Below are positions 1 through 8,315 of a stretch of 20,000 nucleotides of DNA, piece by piece. How positions within the stretch are numbered: the first letter of the stretch is position 1; each line of letters starts with the position of its first letter. The DNA lies in the IMG/VR virus record IMGVR_UViG_3300027832_000014. One strand, given 5' to 3'. This DNA comes from an uncultured virus (IMG/VR IMGVR_UViG_3300027832_000014) (Duplodnaviria; Heunggongvirae; Uroviricota; Caudoviricetes). The notes below the pieces were generated by a model, which did not search any database, was not told the DNA's origin, and saw only the letters and a program-made list of their open reading frames with translations. The position numbers and the translations under genes are program-made.

Positions 1-313
1 ACTGTTGTTGTAACAGGAGCACTATGTCTTTTCTTTTCCCGGACGATTGGTGCACGGTACTTAAAAAAGCTTGTTGTTCTGCTAGAACGCGATTAATAGT
101 GTAGGAGTGGTCCGTGTTTTGTAACTGCGCCATCTTAAGAAGGTTTTCCAGTGGTAATTTGCCTGAATAGCCATTTGTTTCTTTCAAGTTCTTCCAAAAC
201 TGTTTTACGGAAAGACTAGGCACGGCTAACATCTTTTCCAATGGGCGCGGCTTACCTGACTCAAACTCTTTCCCGCAAGGAATCAGGTAGGCTTTTTTGG
301 GTTGGGGATTCAT
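1..313 (-). CDS. Hypothetical protein, partial (runs off the left edge of the window)
   Basis: Not in the ORF track. Manual translation from ATG at 313 (MNPQPKKAYLIPCGKEFESGKPRPLEKML...) stays open for 104 codons to the edge. It starts 19 bp after the stop of the 333..923 ORF in the same orientation. Confidence 0.65.
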   Translation of the reverse strand, partial: MNPQPKKAYLIPCGKEFESGKPRPLEKMLAVPSLSVKQFWKNLKETNGYSGKLPLENLLKMAQLQNTDHSYTINRVLAEQQAFLSTVHQSSGKRKDIVLLLQQQ

Positions 314-332
314 TGTTCCCGAGAAAACAATC

Positions 333-923
333 TTACTCACCACCGACCTCCACAGGGGACAGGTAAGCTTTGATAACGGATTGCCCGTGTGCGAAGGTTA
401 ATATGGCGTGCGCATCACTCATTCTTCCCAAAGTAAAAAGATGATAGGATCCTATCGCTTTTTTCTGCAATAAATCTTCATACCGAGTAGACATAGTGTC
501 TTTTCCTTCGGAGTCCGGTTTTTGTAATAACCGTTTGTTTGCGCAAAGAACAATAAAATCCTTTCTTAGTACGAGAACGATAGCTCTTGCACCGCTGTAC
601 ATCGCCATTGCATCCCCTATCTTGGGAGATCTAAGTTGTCTGTTTTTTATATGGCGAGATTTGGTGGGAACTACACCACATTTAGCCAAAATGTTCCAAA
701 GCACTACCCCGGATAATTCCGCATCCTGCTGTGAAAAAAGACTCTCGTATTTACGTACTTCTTCATTAAGTACATAAAAAGCCGTGCGGCGCAAGTTGTT
801 GTGATCCACTAGGCAGTACGGCATCTTCCTTGGAAGAAGCTCGTGCATAACCCTAAAGGAATATTCTTCCTCTGTTCCATCCTGAGACATTCTGGTCGCC
901 CATCTCGTAGGTTTAAAGGCCAT
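333..923 (-). CDS. Hypothetical protein (196 aa)
   Basis: Long ORF in an AT-richer region, tightly spaced (about 20 bp) with same-strand neighbours. No family recognised. Confidence 0.7.
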   Translation of the reverse strand: MAFKPTRWATRMSQDGTEEEYSFRVMHELLPRKMPYCLVDHNNLRRTAFYVLNEEVRKYESLFSQQDAELSGVVLWNILAKCGVVPTKSRHIKNRQLRSPKIGDAMAMYSGARAIVLVLRKDFIVLCANKRLLQKPDSEGKDTMSTRYEDLLQKKAIGSYHLFTLGRMSDAHAILTFAHGQSVIKAYLSPVEVGGE

Positions 924-943
924 GTCTTACGTAATTCACCACT

Positions 944-1696
944 TTAGTATCTCACCCCATTATTTGAGAAAGTTCGGATAAGCGTGTGATGCGTTAAGTT
1001 TACAGCATTGGCTAGATCGCTAAACGTTCTAAGATCAAAATCGCCTTCCACCATTAAAATAGTAAAAATGGCACCCTGCCGGCGCCGGTCCATCTGCTCC
1101 GTGTGCCCAATTCCTGCTTTGGATAAAGTAATTACCCCAAAATCAGGTATGCTCAAGCAAACGTAATATCTTCCTACAGGCTCCTTTTGGTACAAAATAA
1201 ATAGAGACGTGGGCACTTCGGTAGGTAAGGTTGGCTCCCAAAAAAAGTTCTTAATTTGCAAATGATTTAAGAACAAGTTGAGTATCCTTTCTTGGTGCTG
1301 TTCTAAAAGGGTATAGTAGTTGCTAAGACGCAAGTAATTATCTTTCTTGTACCGTACCCCGGTGGGGGCAGAAGATTGTTGCCCAATGTTCCAGTTGTTA
1401 AAAGAAATCCCGCCAAATTCCGTTAGAACCACCTCATTGTAATCTGTGTCATTTTCCTTCTTAACAAGAAGTTCTCCTTTAAAGAAACTCCACAAATCTT
1501 CTTCTGATAGATTTATACGGTAGCTGTGATCTACAATGTCCTGCTTAACAAGAACCGCTTCCGTGGTTACAATGCACTTAATCATTTTGGAATCGTGTCC
1601 TAACAACCTAGGCACCACGAAACGCCCAATGTTTTCTTTCTCAGGGTAGTACAAAACAAAGTCAGGTGGTGCTCTTGTCTCAGATATGGGGGGCAT
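944..1696 (-). CDS. Hypothetical protein (250 aa)
   Basis: Longest ORF in the region, with an AGGA-like SD upstream on the - strand. First gene of a leftward operon. No family recognised. Confidence 0.72.
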   Translation of the reverse strand: MPPISETRAPPDFVLYYPEKENIGRFVVPRLLGHDSKMIKCIVTTEAVLVKQDIVDHSYRINLSEEDLWSFFKGELLVKKENDTDYNEVVLTEFGGISFNNWNIGQQSSAPTGVRYKKDNYLRLSNYYTLLEQHQERILNLFLNHLQIKNFFWEPTLPTEVPTSLFILYQKEPVGRYYVCLSIPDFGVITLSKAGIGHTEQMDRRRQGAIFTILMVEGDFDLRTFSDLANAVNLTHHTLIRTFSNNGVRY

Positions 1697-1844
1697 TGTT
1701 TGCTAGTCCTGTGCAGAGAAAAGGCTTGCCCGCAGTATATACAACAACTTGTTTTGGCTAAAAGGTTCACGGTGCCATTGTTTATCCGCTTTACAAATAG
1801 GTGTAGCCCCAACTAGAGGAAGACATACTCATAGTTTGGTGTGG

Positions 1845-1874
1845 TTGATATGGTAGTGCAGATAAAGGTATATT
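1845..1874 (+). promoter_or_regulatory. Candidate sigma70-type promoter for the structural operon
   Basis: TTGATA (1845-1850), 18-bp spacer, TATATT (1869-1874); each box matches 5/6 of consensus. It lies about 43 bp upstream of the portal ATG in the divergent intergenic region. Confidence 0.35.
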
Positions 1875-1917
1875 TCGTGTTTGCCTCAACATGCACCTGT
1901 AAAAAGGGCCGAACACA

Positions 1918-3426
1918 ATGCCTAACCTGCTTCAGCGCATTCTTACGGGCCATAGCGCCCCTTCCTTTGAGAAGGTGGGGCAGGAATTTGGTATCAACAA
2001 AGACCTGTTGCCCCCAATGTTTTCCAACTCCGTACTTAGTGGTACCACCGCTCCCCAAACGGGTACATACGAATTACTAGAAGCCTACGGAAAGTTCCCG
2101 TGGCTTTTTTCCATTTTTGGCAAGGTAGCCAGTAGCGTTAGCCAGACTATGTGGACGCTGTACGCCGCTAAGGATAACAGCCGGAGCAAGGGTGGAAGCA
2201 AGTACCTCAAACTATCTTGTATGCAGGCGGGCGAGCAGGCGTACCGTTCGGCTTACCGAAAGTCCATGGCCCACCGTAGCAGCCTTGAGTTCGAGCAGCA
2301 GTTTAACCATCCTCTAATGGACCTGCTCTCTTACGGTAATGAGATGATGGACGGCAACGCGGTTCTTCGAGTTACCCAAACGCATATCGATCTTGCTGGC
2401 GAGGGATTCTGGTATTTGGAGAAGGACCCTAAGTTTGGTGTGCCTTCCGCTATCTGGCCCATCCCGCCGCATTGGGTAATGAACTTTCCCACAAGGGACC
2501 ACATGTTCTACAAGTTGCGCTACCTTGGGCAGGAAATTGAGATTCCAGTTACCCACATGGTAGCCTTCATTAATCCGAACCCGGCGAATCCATACGGGCG
2601 TGGCCGTGGCCTTGGCCGTGCTATTGCCGATGAGCTGGAAACAGACGAGTACGCATCCAAGCACACTAAGAACTTTTTCTACAACCAAGCCCGCCCCGAC
2701 GTTATCGTTAGTGGCGCTTCCATTACGCGAGACGATGCAAACCGCCTAGAGAACCAGTGGAACAGCAAGTTTCGTGGTTTCTGGCAGGCGTGGAAACCTT
2801 ACTTCCTTACCCGGGACATTAAGGTCCACCAGCTAACACAGGGCTTTGAGAACCTGCACATGATTGAACTGCGCAAGTTCAACCGTGATATGTTCATCAG
2901 CGTTCTTGGTGCGCCGCCCGAGAAGTTTGGTATCGTCAACGAATCCAAGCGCGCAACCATTGCCGCCGCGGACATGTTTTGGAACAAGGACATTATCTCG
3001 CCCCGCGTTAACTTCCTTCGCGGCATCATCCAACGAGAACTTGTTCCTCTGTTTGATGAACGGCTTATCTTGGACTTCGAGTCCCCGGTGTCCGAGGACA
3101 AGGACTACGAACTCGACGTAATGAAAGCTGCACCGTGGGCCTTTACCAAGAATGAGTGGCGTGTGCAGGCGGGCAAGATGGATCTTGGCGAGGCAGGCGA
3201 AGTGTTCCACAGCCCGCTTAACGCTGTCGAGTTTGGCGTAGACGAGGGTATGCCTGAAGTGAAGGTGGCTGCGGGCGCTGGTTCAGACCCTAACAAGGTA
3301 CCTGAGGAGTCCGGCGATGGAACTAACCCCGCGGACAACCAGCAGGCCAGCGCTTCGGTGCTTACTTTTCCCTCTGCGGAGATAGTTACCGAAATCAAAA
3401 AAATGATCATCGGCCCCGGTAGTTGA
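1918..3426 (+). CDS. Phage portal protein, HK97 family
   Basis: 502 aa. Motifs typical of HK97-type portals: LAGEGFWYL, IWPIPPHWV, HMVAFINPNPANPYGRG, NFFYNQARP, FTKNEWR. Positioned directly before the protease and capsid genes. Confidence 0.92.
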   Translation: MPNLLQRILTGHSAPSFEKVGQEFGINKDLLPPMFSNSVLSGTTAPQTGTYELLEAYGKFPWLFSIFGKVASSVSQTMWTLYAAKDNSRSKGGSKYLKLSCMQAGEQAYRSAYRKSMAHRSSLEFEQQFNHPLMDLLSYGNEMMDGNAVLRVTQTHIDLAGEGFWYLEKDPKFGVPSAIWPIPPHWVMNFPTRDHMFYKLRYLGQEIEIPVTHMVAFINPNPANPYGRGRGLGRAIADELETDEYASKHTKNFFYNQARPDVIVSGASITRDDANRLENQWNSKFRGFWQAWKPYFLTRDIKVHQLTQGFENLHMIELRKFNRDMFISVLGAPPEKFGIVNESKRATIAAADMFWNKDIISPRVNFLRGIIQRELVPLFDERLILDFESPVSEDKDYELDVMKAAPWAFTKNEWRVQAGKMDLGEAGEVFHSPLNAVEFGVDEGMPEVKVAAGAGSDPNKVPEESGDGTNPADNQQASASVLTFPSAEIVTEIKKMIIGPGS

Positions 3427-3478
3427 ACACATCCTCCTTTCCACCCTATAGTTTGCCATATCAGCGGAGCTCCAAAGC

Positions 3479-5668
3479 ATGACAACCTCGAACGGGCTAA
3501 CCTACGTCTCTTCCAAGCAGTTCCACCGGACTGACGGGGGTGACACTGGACTGGTAGCCGTCAATAAGCGTATGGCGTCTTCCTTGCAGATTATGCCCGC
3601 CGTACAAGACGGGGAAGCCCCCCGCCGCCTCGTTCGCCTTACCACTTCCAACGGTAGCGTTGACCGAGAGCAGGACCGGTTTGAACCCAAGGGTTGGCAG
3701 CTCGACAACTACTTGCAGAACCCTATTGTGCTGTTTGCGCATAACCGTAGCGCCCCTCCCATTGGAAAGTCCAACAAGACCTATGTGGAGGGCGATAAGC
3801 TAATTGCCCTCACAGAGTTTGCGGACGTGGACGTGGATACCAGTGGTTTCTCGGACATGATTTACCGCATGATCGCCGCAGGTTTCCTACGTGGTTGCTC
3901 CATGTCCTTTATCCCCATTGAGTTTAAGCGGGCCACGGACCCGGCGCGCAAGCATGGTTTTGACTTCCTTAAGCAGGAGCTTTTGGAAATCTCCATCGTA
4001 CCCCTCCCCGCAAACCCTTCCACGCTCGTTGGTGCGAAGAGTTTGGGTATTAACATGTCCCCCATGGTTGCTTGGGCTACTGGCGTGCTGGATAGCTGGG
4101 ATACGCTTGAAGAAGAGCTGCCTGTGGGTCGGAAGGAGGTTGAAAGCGCCCGTATTGCCGCCATGCAGAGTATGAATCAGGTGCCTTCCGTGCTGTTCGA
4201 CTTAACCGCCATGCGGCCCATTACCGAAAAAGAAGACCCCTGCGCCACAGCTAAAGAGTTGGAGGAAGAGGGTCAAACCGTTTTAATCGAAGAAGAGGAA
4301 GCCCCGGTGAATACCGAAGAAAAGATGGAGGAGGAAGATACGGTCGTTACTGAGGAAGCTTCGGTTGAGGTAGAGGAAGATCCCAAGGACGACGACGAGT
4401 ACTCCGCGCCCAAGAAAAAGGGTAAGGGTAAGAAGACGCCCGAGCCCGAGGAAGACGAGGAAGACGAAGACGAGGAGGAAGACCCCGAGGAAGACCCCGA
4501 GGAAGACCCGAAGGCTGCCGAAGCTACTATCTTCCTTGCTATTGAAGACGGCGAGATCCCCGCCTCGAAGCTGGAAAAGAGCTTTGCAGGTAACGACGTG
4601 GGCAGTGCCCTTCCCAATATCTCTTTGCGCGTGTTTGGTCGCCCGCTCCTGCTCGAAAGCAGCAAGGCGGAGATTATCCTCGGTGTGCTGCACAGCCACG
4701 CCAACAGGGCACAGGCGGACAACAATCCGTTTGGGCAGGAGAATGAGAAGGATCTGAAAGAGCGCAAACTGTTCCAAGACATTGGTGGTGGCGTTGCGCT
4801 TATTACCATTGATGGCACCTTGGTTAACCGCGGTGCTTGGATTGGTGCCAGTTCAGGCATGGTGTCCTACGAGGGTATTCGTGCACAGCTTTCCTCGGCC
4901 ATGGCGGACAAGGCGGTAAAGGCCATCGCGCTGGATATTGAAAGCCCCGGTGGTGAAGCCTCGGGCTGCTTCGACCTAGCGGAAGAGATCCACAAGATGC
5001 AGGAAACCAAGCCCATCTATGCCGTAGTCAATGATTATGCCTTTAGCGCGGCGTATTTGATTGCTTCTTCCTGCACGCGCATCTATGTAAGCCAGTCGGG
5101 CGGCGTTGGTTCCGTTGGTGTTATTCACATGCACGCAGAAGCTTCCAAGATGCACGAACAGATGGGTGTCAAGTACACAATCGTGCGTGCGGGCAAGTAC
5201 AAGGCGGAGAATAACCCCTTTGAGCCGTTGTCCAAGGGAGCCAAGCGTCGCACACAGGAAGAGGTCGATCGCAGCTACGATATCTTTACAAATGCCGTGG
5301 CGCGCAACCGCAGTATGGACGTAGAGGAAGTGGTTGCTACCGAAGCTCGCCTGTATTGGGGTGAGAAGGGTGTTGCGGTCGGGTTTGCCGATGTTGTTAT
5401 GTCCCCCTCGCAGGCATTGCAGCATATCGTGGAAGAGACCTCCGGTAACAAGGACATTTCGATTGCTGTTGAAAGTATTGCAGACGCCCCCGAGGAAGAG
5501 GATGACGCAGAATACATGCGCCTCGAAATCGGCGGAGAGATCTACCGGGTTAAACAGTCGGTAGTAAATGAGTCCGTGCAGCGTGCGCTTGCCGGTTCTA
5601 TCAGTGGTATGGCCATAGAAGAGCTAGTGCAGGGCGAGCTTCGGAAACGCACCGGGCGCTTGTCTTAA
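3479..5668 (+). CDS. Fused prohead maturation protease: N-terminal HK97-type (S78) domain, acidic linker, C-terminal S49 (SppA/lambda gpC-like) domain
   Basis: S78 motifs: VDREQD, NPIVLFAHN, PIGK, LRGCSMSF, ELLEISIVPLPANP. S49 motifs: LDIESPGGE, AFSAAYLIAS, GSVGV, GKYKAENNPFEPL. A Glu/Asp-rich segment lies between them. Confidence 0.9.
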   Translation: MTTSNGLTYVSSKQFHRTDGGDTGLVAVNKRMASSLQIMPAVQDGEAPRRLVRLTTSNGSVDREQDRFEPKGWQLDNYLQNPIVLFAHNRSAPPIGKSNKTYVEGDKLIALTEFADVDVDTSGFSDMIYRMIAAGFLRGCSMSFIPIEFKRATDPARKHGFDFLKQELLEISIVPLPANPSTLVGAKSLGINMSPMVAWATGVLDSWDTLEEELPVGRKEVESARIAAMQSMNQVPSVLFDLTAMRPITEKEDPCATAKELEEEGQTVLIEEEEAPVNTEEKMEEEDTVVTEEASVEVEEDPKDDDEYSAPKKKGKGKKTPEPEEDEEDEDEEEDPEEDPEEDPKAAEATIFLAIEDGEIPASKLEKSFAGNDVGSALPNISLRVFGRPLLLESSKAEIILGVLHSHANRAQADNNPFGQENEKDLKERKLFQDIGGGVALITIDGTLVNRGAWIGASSGMVSYEGIRAQLSSAMADKAVKAIALDIESPGGEASGCFDLAEEIHKMQETKPIYAVVNDYAFSAAYLIASSCTRIYVSQSGGVGSVGVIHMHAEASKMHEQMGVKYTIVRAGKYKAENNPFEPLSKGAKRRTQEEVDRSYDIFTNAVARNRSMDVEEVVATEARLYWGEKGVAVGFADVVMSPSQALQHIVEETSGNKDISIAVESIADAPEEEDDAEYMRLEIGGEIYRVKQSVVNESVQRALAGSISGMAIEELVQGELRKRTGRLS
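4475..4510 (+). repeat. 3x 12-bp tandem repeat (GAGGAAGACCCS) encoding EEDP within the acidic linker
   Basis: gaggaagacccc gaggaagacccc gaggaagacccg, in frame with the protease ORF. Confidence 0.85.
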
Positions 5669-5671
5669 CAG

Positions 5672-6964
5672 GTGCCTCCCAAAACAAAGGACATGAGGAA
5701 AGACATGGAAGACGACAAGAAGACTGCCGCTGCCGATTCCGGCAAGCCGGTTAACATTAACGACATCGTTGCCGATGCCGTTGCAAAGGCTCTCACTGGT
5801 TTCCAGCCTACCGAGGCCAACGAAGCCAAGACCAGCGACCCGGCCAGTGGTTTCGTGGACCGTGTTCGTGGCGTTAGCACGCATACGAGCGCCACACATG
5901 GCCGTGACCGTATGCCCACCAGTGGTCGCCCGCAGGACGTGGGTATCGCCGCTGGTCGATACGTGCGTGCACTGGCGTTCGGTCGTGGTGACGGCCATCG
6001 TGCCGTGCATTTCGCCAAGAACGCTTGGGACGACGATCTGGGCGATCATCTGCAGAAGGCCCTCTCCGCTGGCGACATGACGGGCGGTGGTTTTATGATT
6101 CCCCCGGAGTACTCGGCGGAAATCATCGAGCTGCTTCGTGCCCGTTCGGTGGTTCGCGCCGCAGGTGCCCGTTCGGTGCCGATGCCCAATGGTAGCCTCA
6201 CCATGCCCCGCCAGCTTACTTCGGCTAGCGCGGCCTATGTGGGCGAGAATCGTTCGATTTCTTCCTCGGAACCGACGGGCGGACAGCTCGTCATGGTTGC
6301 CAAGAAGCTGGCAGCGCTGGTTCCGATCTCGAACGACATGCTCAACTACGCTTCGGGCAACGACGCGGACGCTTTCGTGCGTGACGACCTGATCCAGTCG
6401 CTTGCTACCCGCGAAGATCAGGCTTTCCTGCGCGATGACGGTTCGCAGAGCAAGCCCAAGGGTATGCGCCATTGGTCGAACAACCTTGTGCCCACGACCG
6501 GCACGTCCGCGGCGCAGATCGAGGGGGACCTCAAGGACCTCATCAATGCTCTGCAGATGGACAACGTGAAGATGGTTCGCCCCGTCTTCTTCATGGCCCC
6601 CTCGGCCAAGAACGCGCTGTCGATCCTGCGGGACAGCAACGGCAACCTGATCTACCCCGAACTGAAGATGGCTGTGCCGACGCTGTGGTCGTATCCCGTC
6701 TTCACGTCCACCAACATCCCGGTCAACTTGGGCGCTGGTGGCAATGAGTCGGAAGTGTACCTCACGGACATGAACGACGCACTGATCGGCGAGATCCAGG
6801 GCATTGAGATTGCCGTGGATACTTCCGCTTCGTACACGGATGGCGCTTCGCAGGTGTCTTCGTTCGAGCGGGACCAGACCCTGATGCGTGCCATCGAGCG
6901 CCATGACTTCGCCATGCGCCATGACGAGTCGGTTGGTGTCCTCACCGGCATCACTTGGCAGTAA
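5672..6964 (+). CDS. Major capsid protein, HK97 fold (true start may be ATG 5693 or 5705)
   Basis: Motifs GGFMIPPEYSAEIIELLR, AAYVGE, KKLAALVPISNDML, LRDSNGNLIYP and FERDQTLMRAIERHDF. An N-terminal extension precedes QKAL, a plausible delta-domain cleavage region. GAGGA precedes ATG 5705. Confidence 0.95.
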   Translation: MPPKTKDMRKDMEDDKKTAAADSGKPVNINDIVADAVAKALTGFQPTEANEAKTSDPASGFVDRVRGVSTHTSATHGRDRMPTSGRPQDVGIAAGRYVRALAFGRGDGHRAVHFAKNAWDDDLGDHLQKALSAGDMTGGGFMIPPEYSAEIIELLRARSVVRAAGARSVPMPNGSLTMPRQLTSASAAYVGENRSISSSEPTGGQLVMVAKKLAALVPISNDMLNYASGNDADAFVRDDLIQSLATREDQAFLRDDGSQSKPKGMRHWSNNLVPTTGTSAAQIEGDLKDLINALQMDNVKMVRPVFFMAPSAKNALSILRDSNGNLIYPELKMAVPTLWSYPVFTSTNIPVNLGAGGNESEVYLTDMNDALIGEIQGIEIAVDTSASYTDGASQVSSFERDQTLMRAIERHDFAMRHDESVGVLTGITWQ

Positions 6965-7012
6965 TCCGGTAACGGGCCAGCAGTAACCACACAAACGAAA
7001 GAGGTAACTTAG

Positions 7013-7495
7013 ATGCAGTCTATCATGCACGATATCGGGGCCTACATTGTCGCCGTTCAGGCAATTGACCCCGACGAGATCACCACCACTGGTGATGGTG
7101 TTCTCGCTACCGGACGGGTCATTGACCGGGAGGCCAACTCCTCCTACCCGCTGCTCTCGGGCAGTCTGGTCGTGTCCTACAAGACGGTACTCACCGCCAC
7201 CAAGGCGCTGACGTTGTCCACCCTGTTGGAGCATAGCGCCAGCACGGCGTCGTCCACGTTCGCTACCTTGGAGACGAAAGATGGGTCCACCGCTGCACAG
7301 TCGAATGCGGATACCAACGCCACTACCGCCGGGGTTACCCGGCGCGGCGTGCAGAAGATCGACTACGATCTTGGCCATGCCAAGCGTTACTTGCGGGCGA
7401 AGGTCACGCCGACCCTTTCGGCCAGGAGTTCGGACGTGGCGGGCTACGCAGCCGTCCTCGTCTTCGGTGGCGGTCAGACCCGTCCCGCTGCGTAA
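7013..7495 (+). CDS. Probable capsid decoration/cement protein (beta-rich, Ser/Thr-rich)
   Basis: Immediately follows the capsid gene, has a GAGGT SD and capsid-like codon bias, and lies upstream of a strong hairpin. The G-x-x-IDR...KRYLR...VLVFGG pattern is typical of post-capsid jelly-roll proteins. Confidence 0.65.
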   Translation: MQSIMHDIGAYIVAVQAIDPDEITTTGDGVLATGRVIDREANSSYPLLSGSLVVSYKTVLTATKALTLSTLLEHSASTASSTFATLETKDGSTAAQSNADTNATTAGVTRRGVQKIDYDLGHAKRYLRAKVTPTLSARSSDVAGYAAVLVFGGGQTRPAA

Positions 7496-7535
7496 GCTGC
7501 TTTCTTGGCAGCTTAGGTAGAAGAAACCAAGACCG

Positions 7536-7570
7536 TGGGGGGGACTTCGAAAGAGGTCCCCCCCCATTTT
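7536..7570 (+). terminator. Rho-independent terminator-like hairpin after the capsid/decoration genes
   Basis: TGGGGGGGACTTC-GAAA-GAGGTCCCCCCCCA followed by TTTT: a GC-rich stem with a GNRA tetraloop. Confidence 0.7.
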
Positions 7571-7595
7571 GGTTTAACCCACAGGAGTAAACAAC

Positions 7596-7973
7596 ATGTC
7601 GAAAGAAGATATCGTTACCGCTGTTGATGGCCTCGATTACCACAACGAAGAACACTGGAACAACAACGGCACCGTAAGTATTGGCCACTTGCGAGAAGCC
7701 CTTGACGACAACAGTGTTACCAAGAAAGATCTTTCGGAAGCCTTCGCCCCCGGTGAAGTTCCCGTTCGATCGGACTTTGAGCACAGGGATAACGACGCAC
7801 CTGCTCCCCGCGCGCGTCCCCATGTTGCAGCCATGGTGGAAGAACGCATGGGACCGTCCCTTTTGGAAGATGTTAGGGCGCTATGGCTCGATCACCCCGG
7901 AGGTCGCCTTGTCATGCACGACAAGACCGGGCAGGTGGTTCGCGTGTTGGAACCTGCGGACTACAACGAATAA
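7596..7973 (+). CDS. Hypothetical phage protein (125 aa), probably head-associated
   Basis: CAGGAG SD. The N-terminal LDYHNEEHWNNNG resembles an LDxxNxxHW motif I recall from small proteins downstream of siphovirus capsid genes. Confidence 0.7.
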   Translation: MSKEDIVTAVDGLDYHNEEHWNNNGTVSIGHLREALDDNSVTKKDLSEAFAPGEVPVRSDFEHRDNDAPAPRARPHVAAMVEERMGPSLLEDVRALWLDHPGGRLVMHDKTGQVVRVLEPADYNE

Positions 7974-7997
7974 CTTTCTCGTAACAAGGAGCCCGCC

Positions 7998-8315
7998 ATG
8001 ATAATTAAAACAAGCAAACACCCTGCCTCCGGCTGGCACCTTGTTGAAACAAGCCCGGAGGAAGTTTCTTGGGGTCTTGCCATACTGAAAAGCGCTAAAG
8101 ATCTTCCAGTTGGGGTTCGTGTTTACGTTCCCGGTACGGATAACGACAGCACTGTTCCTCAACTGGAATTTCCCTGCCATGTTGGTCTCATTAACTTCCA
8201 CTCCCTGAAAGATAACACCCCTTGTGTTGTGGTCGTTAGGTCGGTTTCGTATATATGTACGACGACGGGCAAAACCATAGACAAAGTGGAAATCAAAAAT
8301 GCAGAAGTTTTCTAG
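7998..8315 (+). CDS. Hypothetical protein (105 aa)
   Basis: AAGGAG SD upstream. Its end overlaps the start of the next ORF. Confidence 0.65.
   Translation: MIIKTSKHPASGWHLVETSPEEVSWGLAILKSAKDLPVGVRVYVPGTDNDSTVPQLEFPCHVGLINFHSLKDNTPCVVVVRSVSYICTTTGKTIDKVEIKNAEVF

Noticed and set aside
1600..2080. Short ORFs 1600..1812(-), 1813..2058(-) and 1841..2080(+)
   Set aside because: They overlap better-supported genes and span the probable divergent promoter region.
5624..7567. 647-aa antisense ORF over the capsid and decoration genes
   Set aside because: Shadow ORF expected from the strong codon bias of the sense genes; protein composition is implausible and has no motifs.
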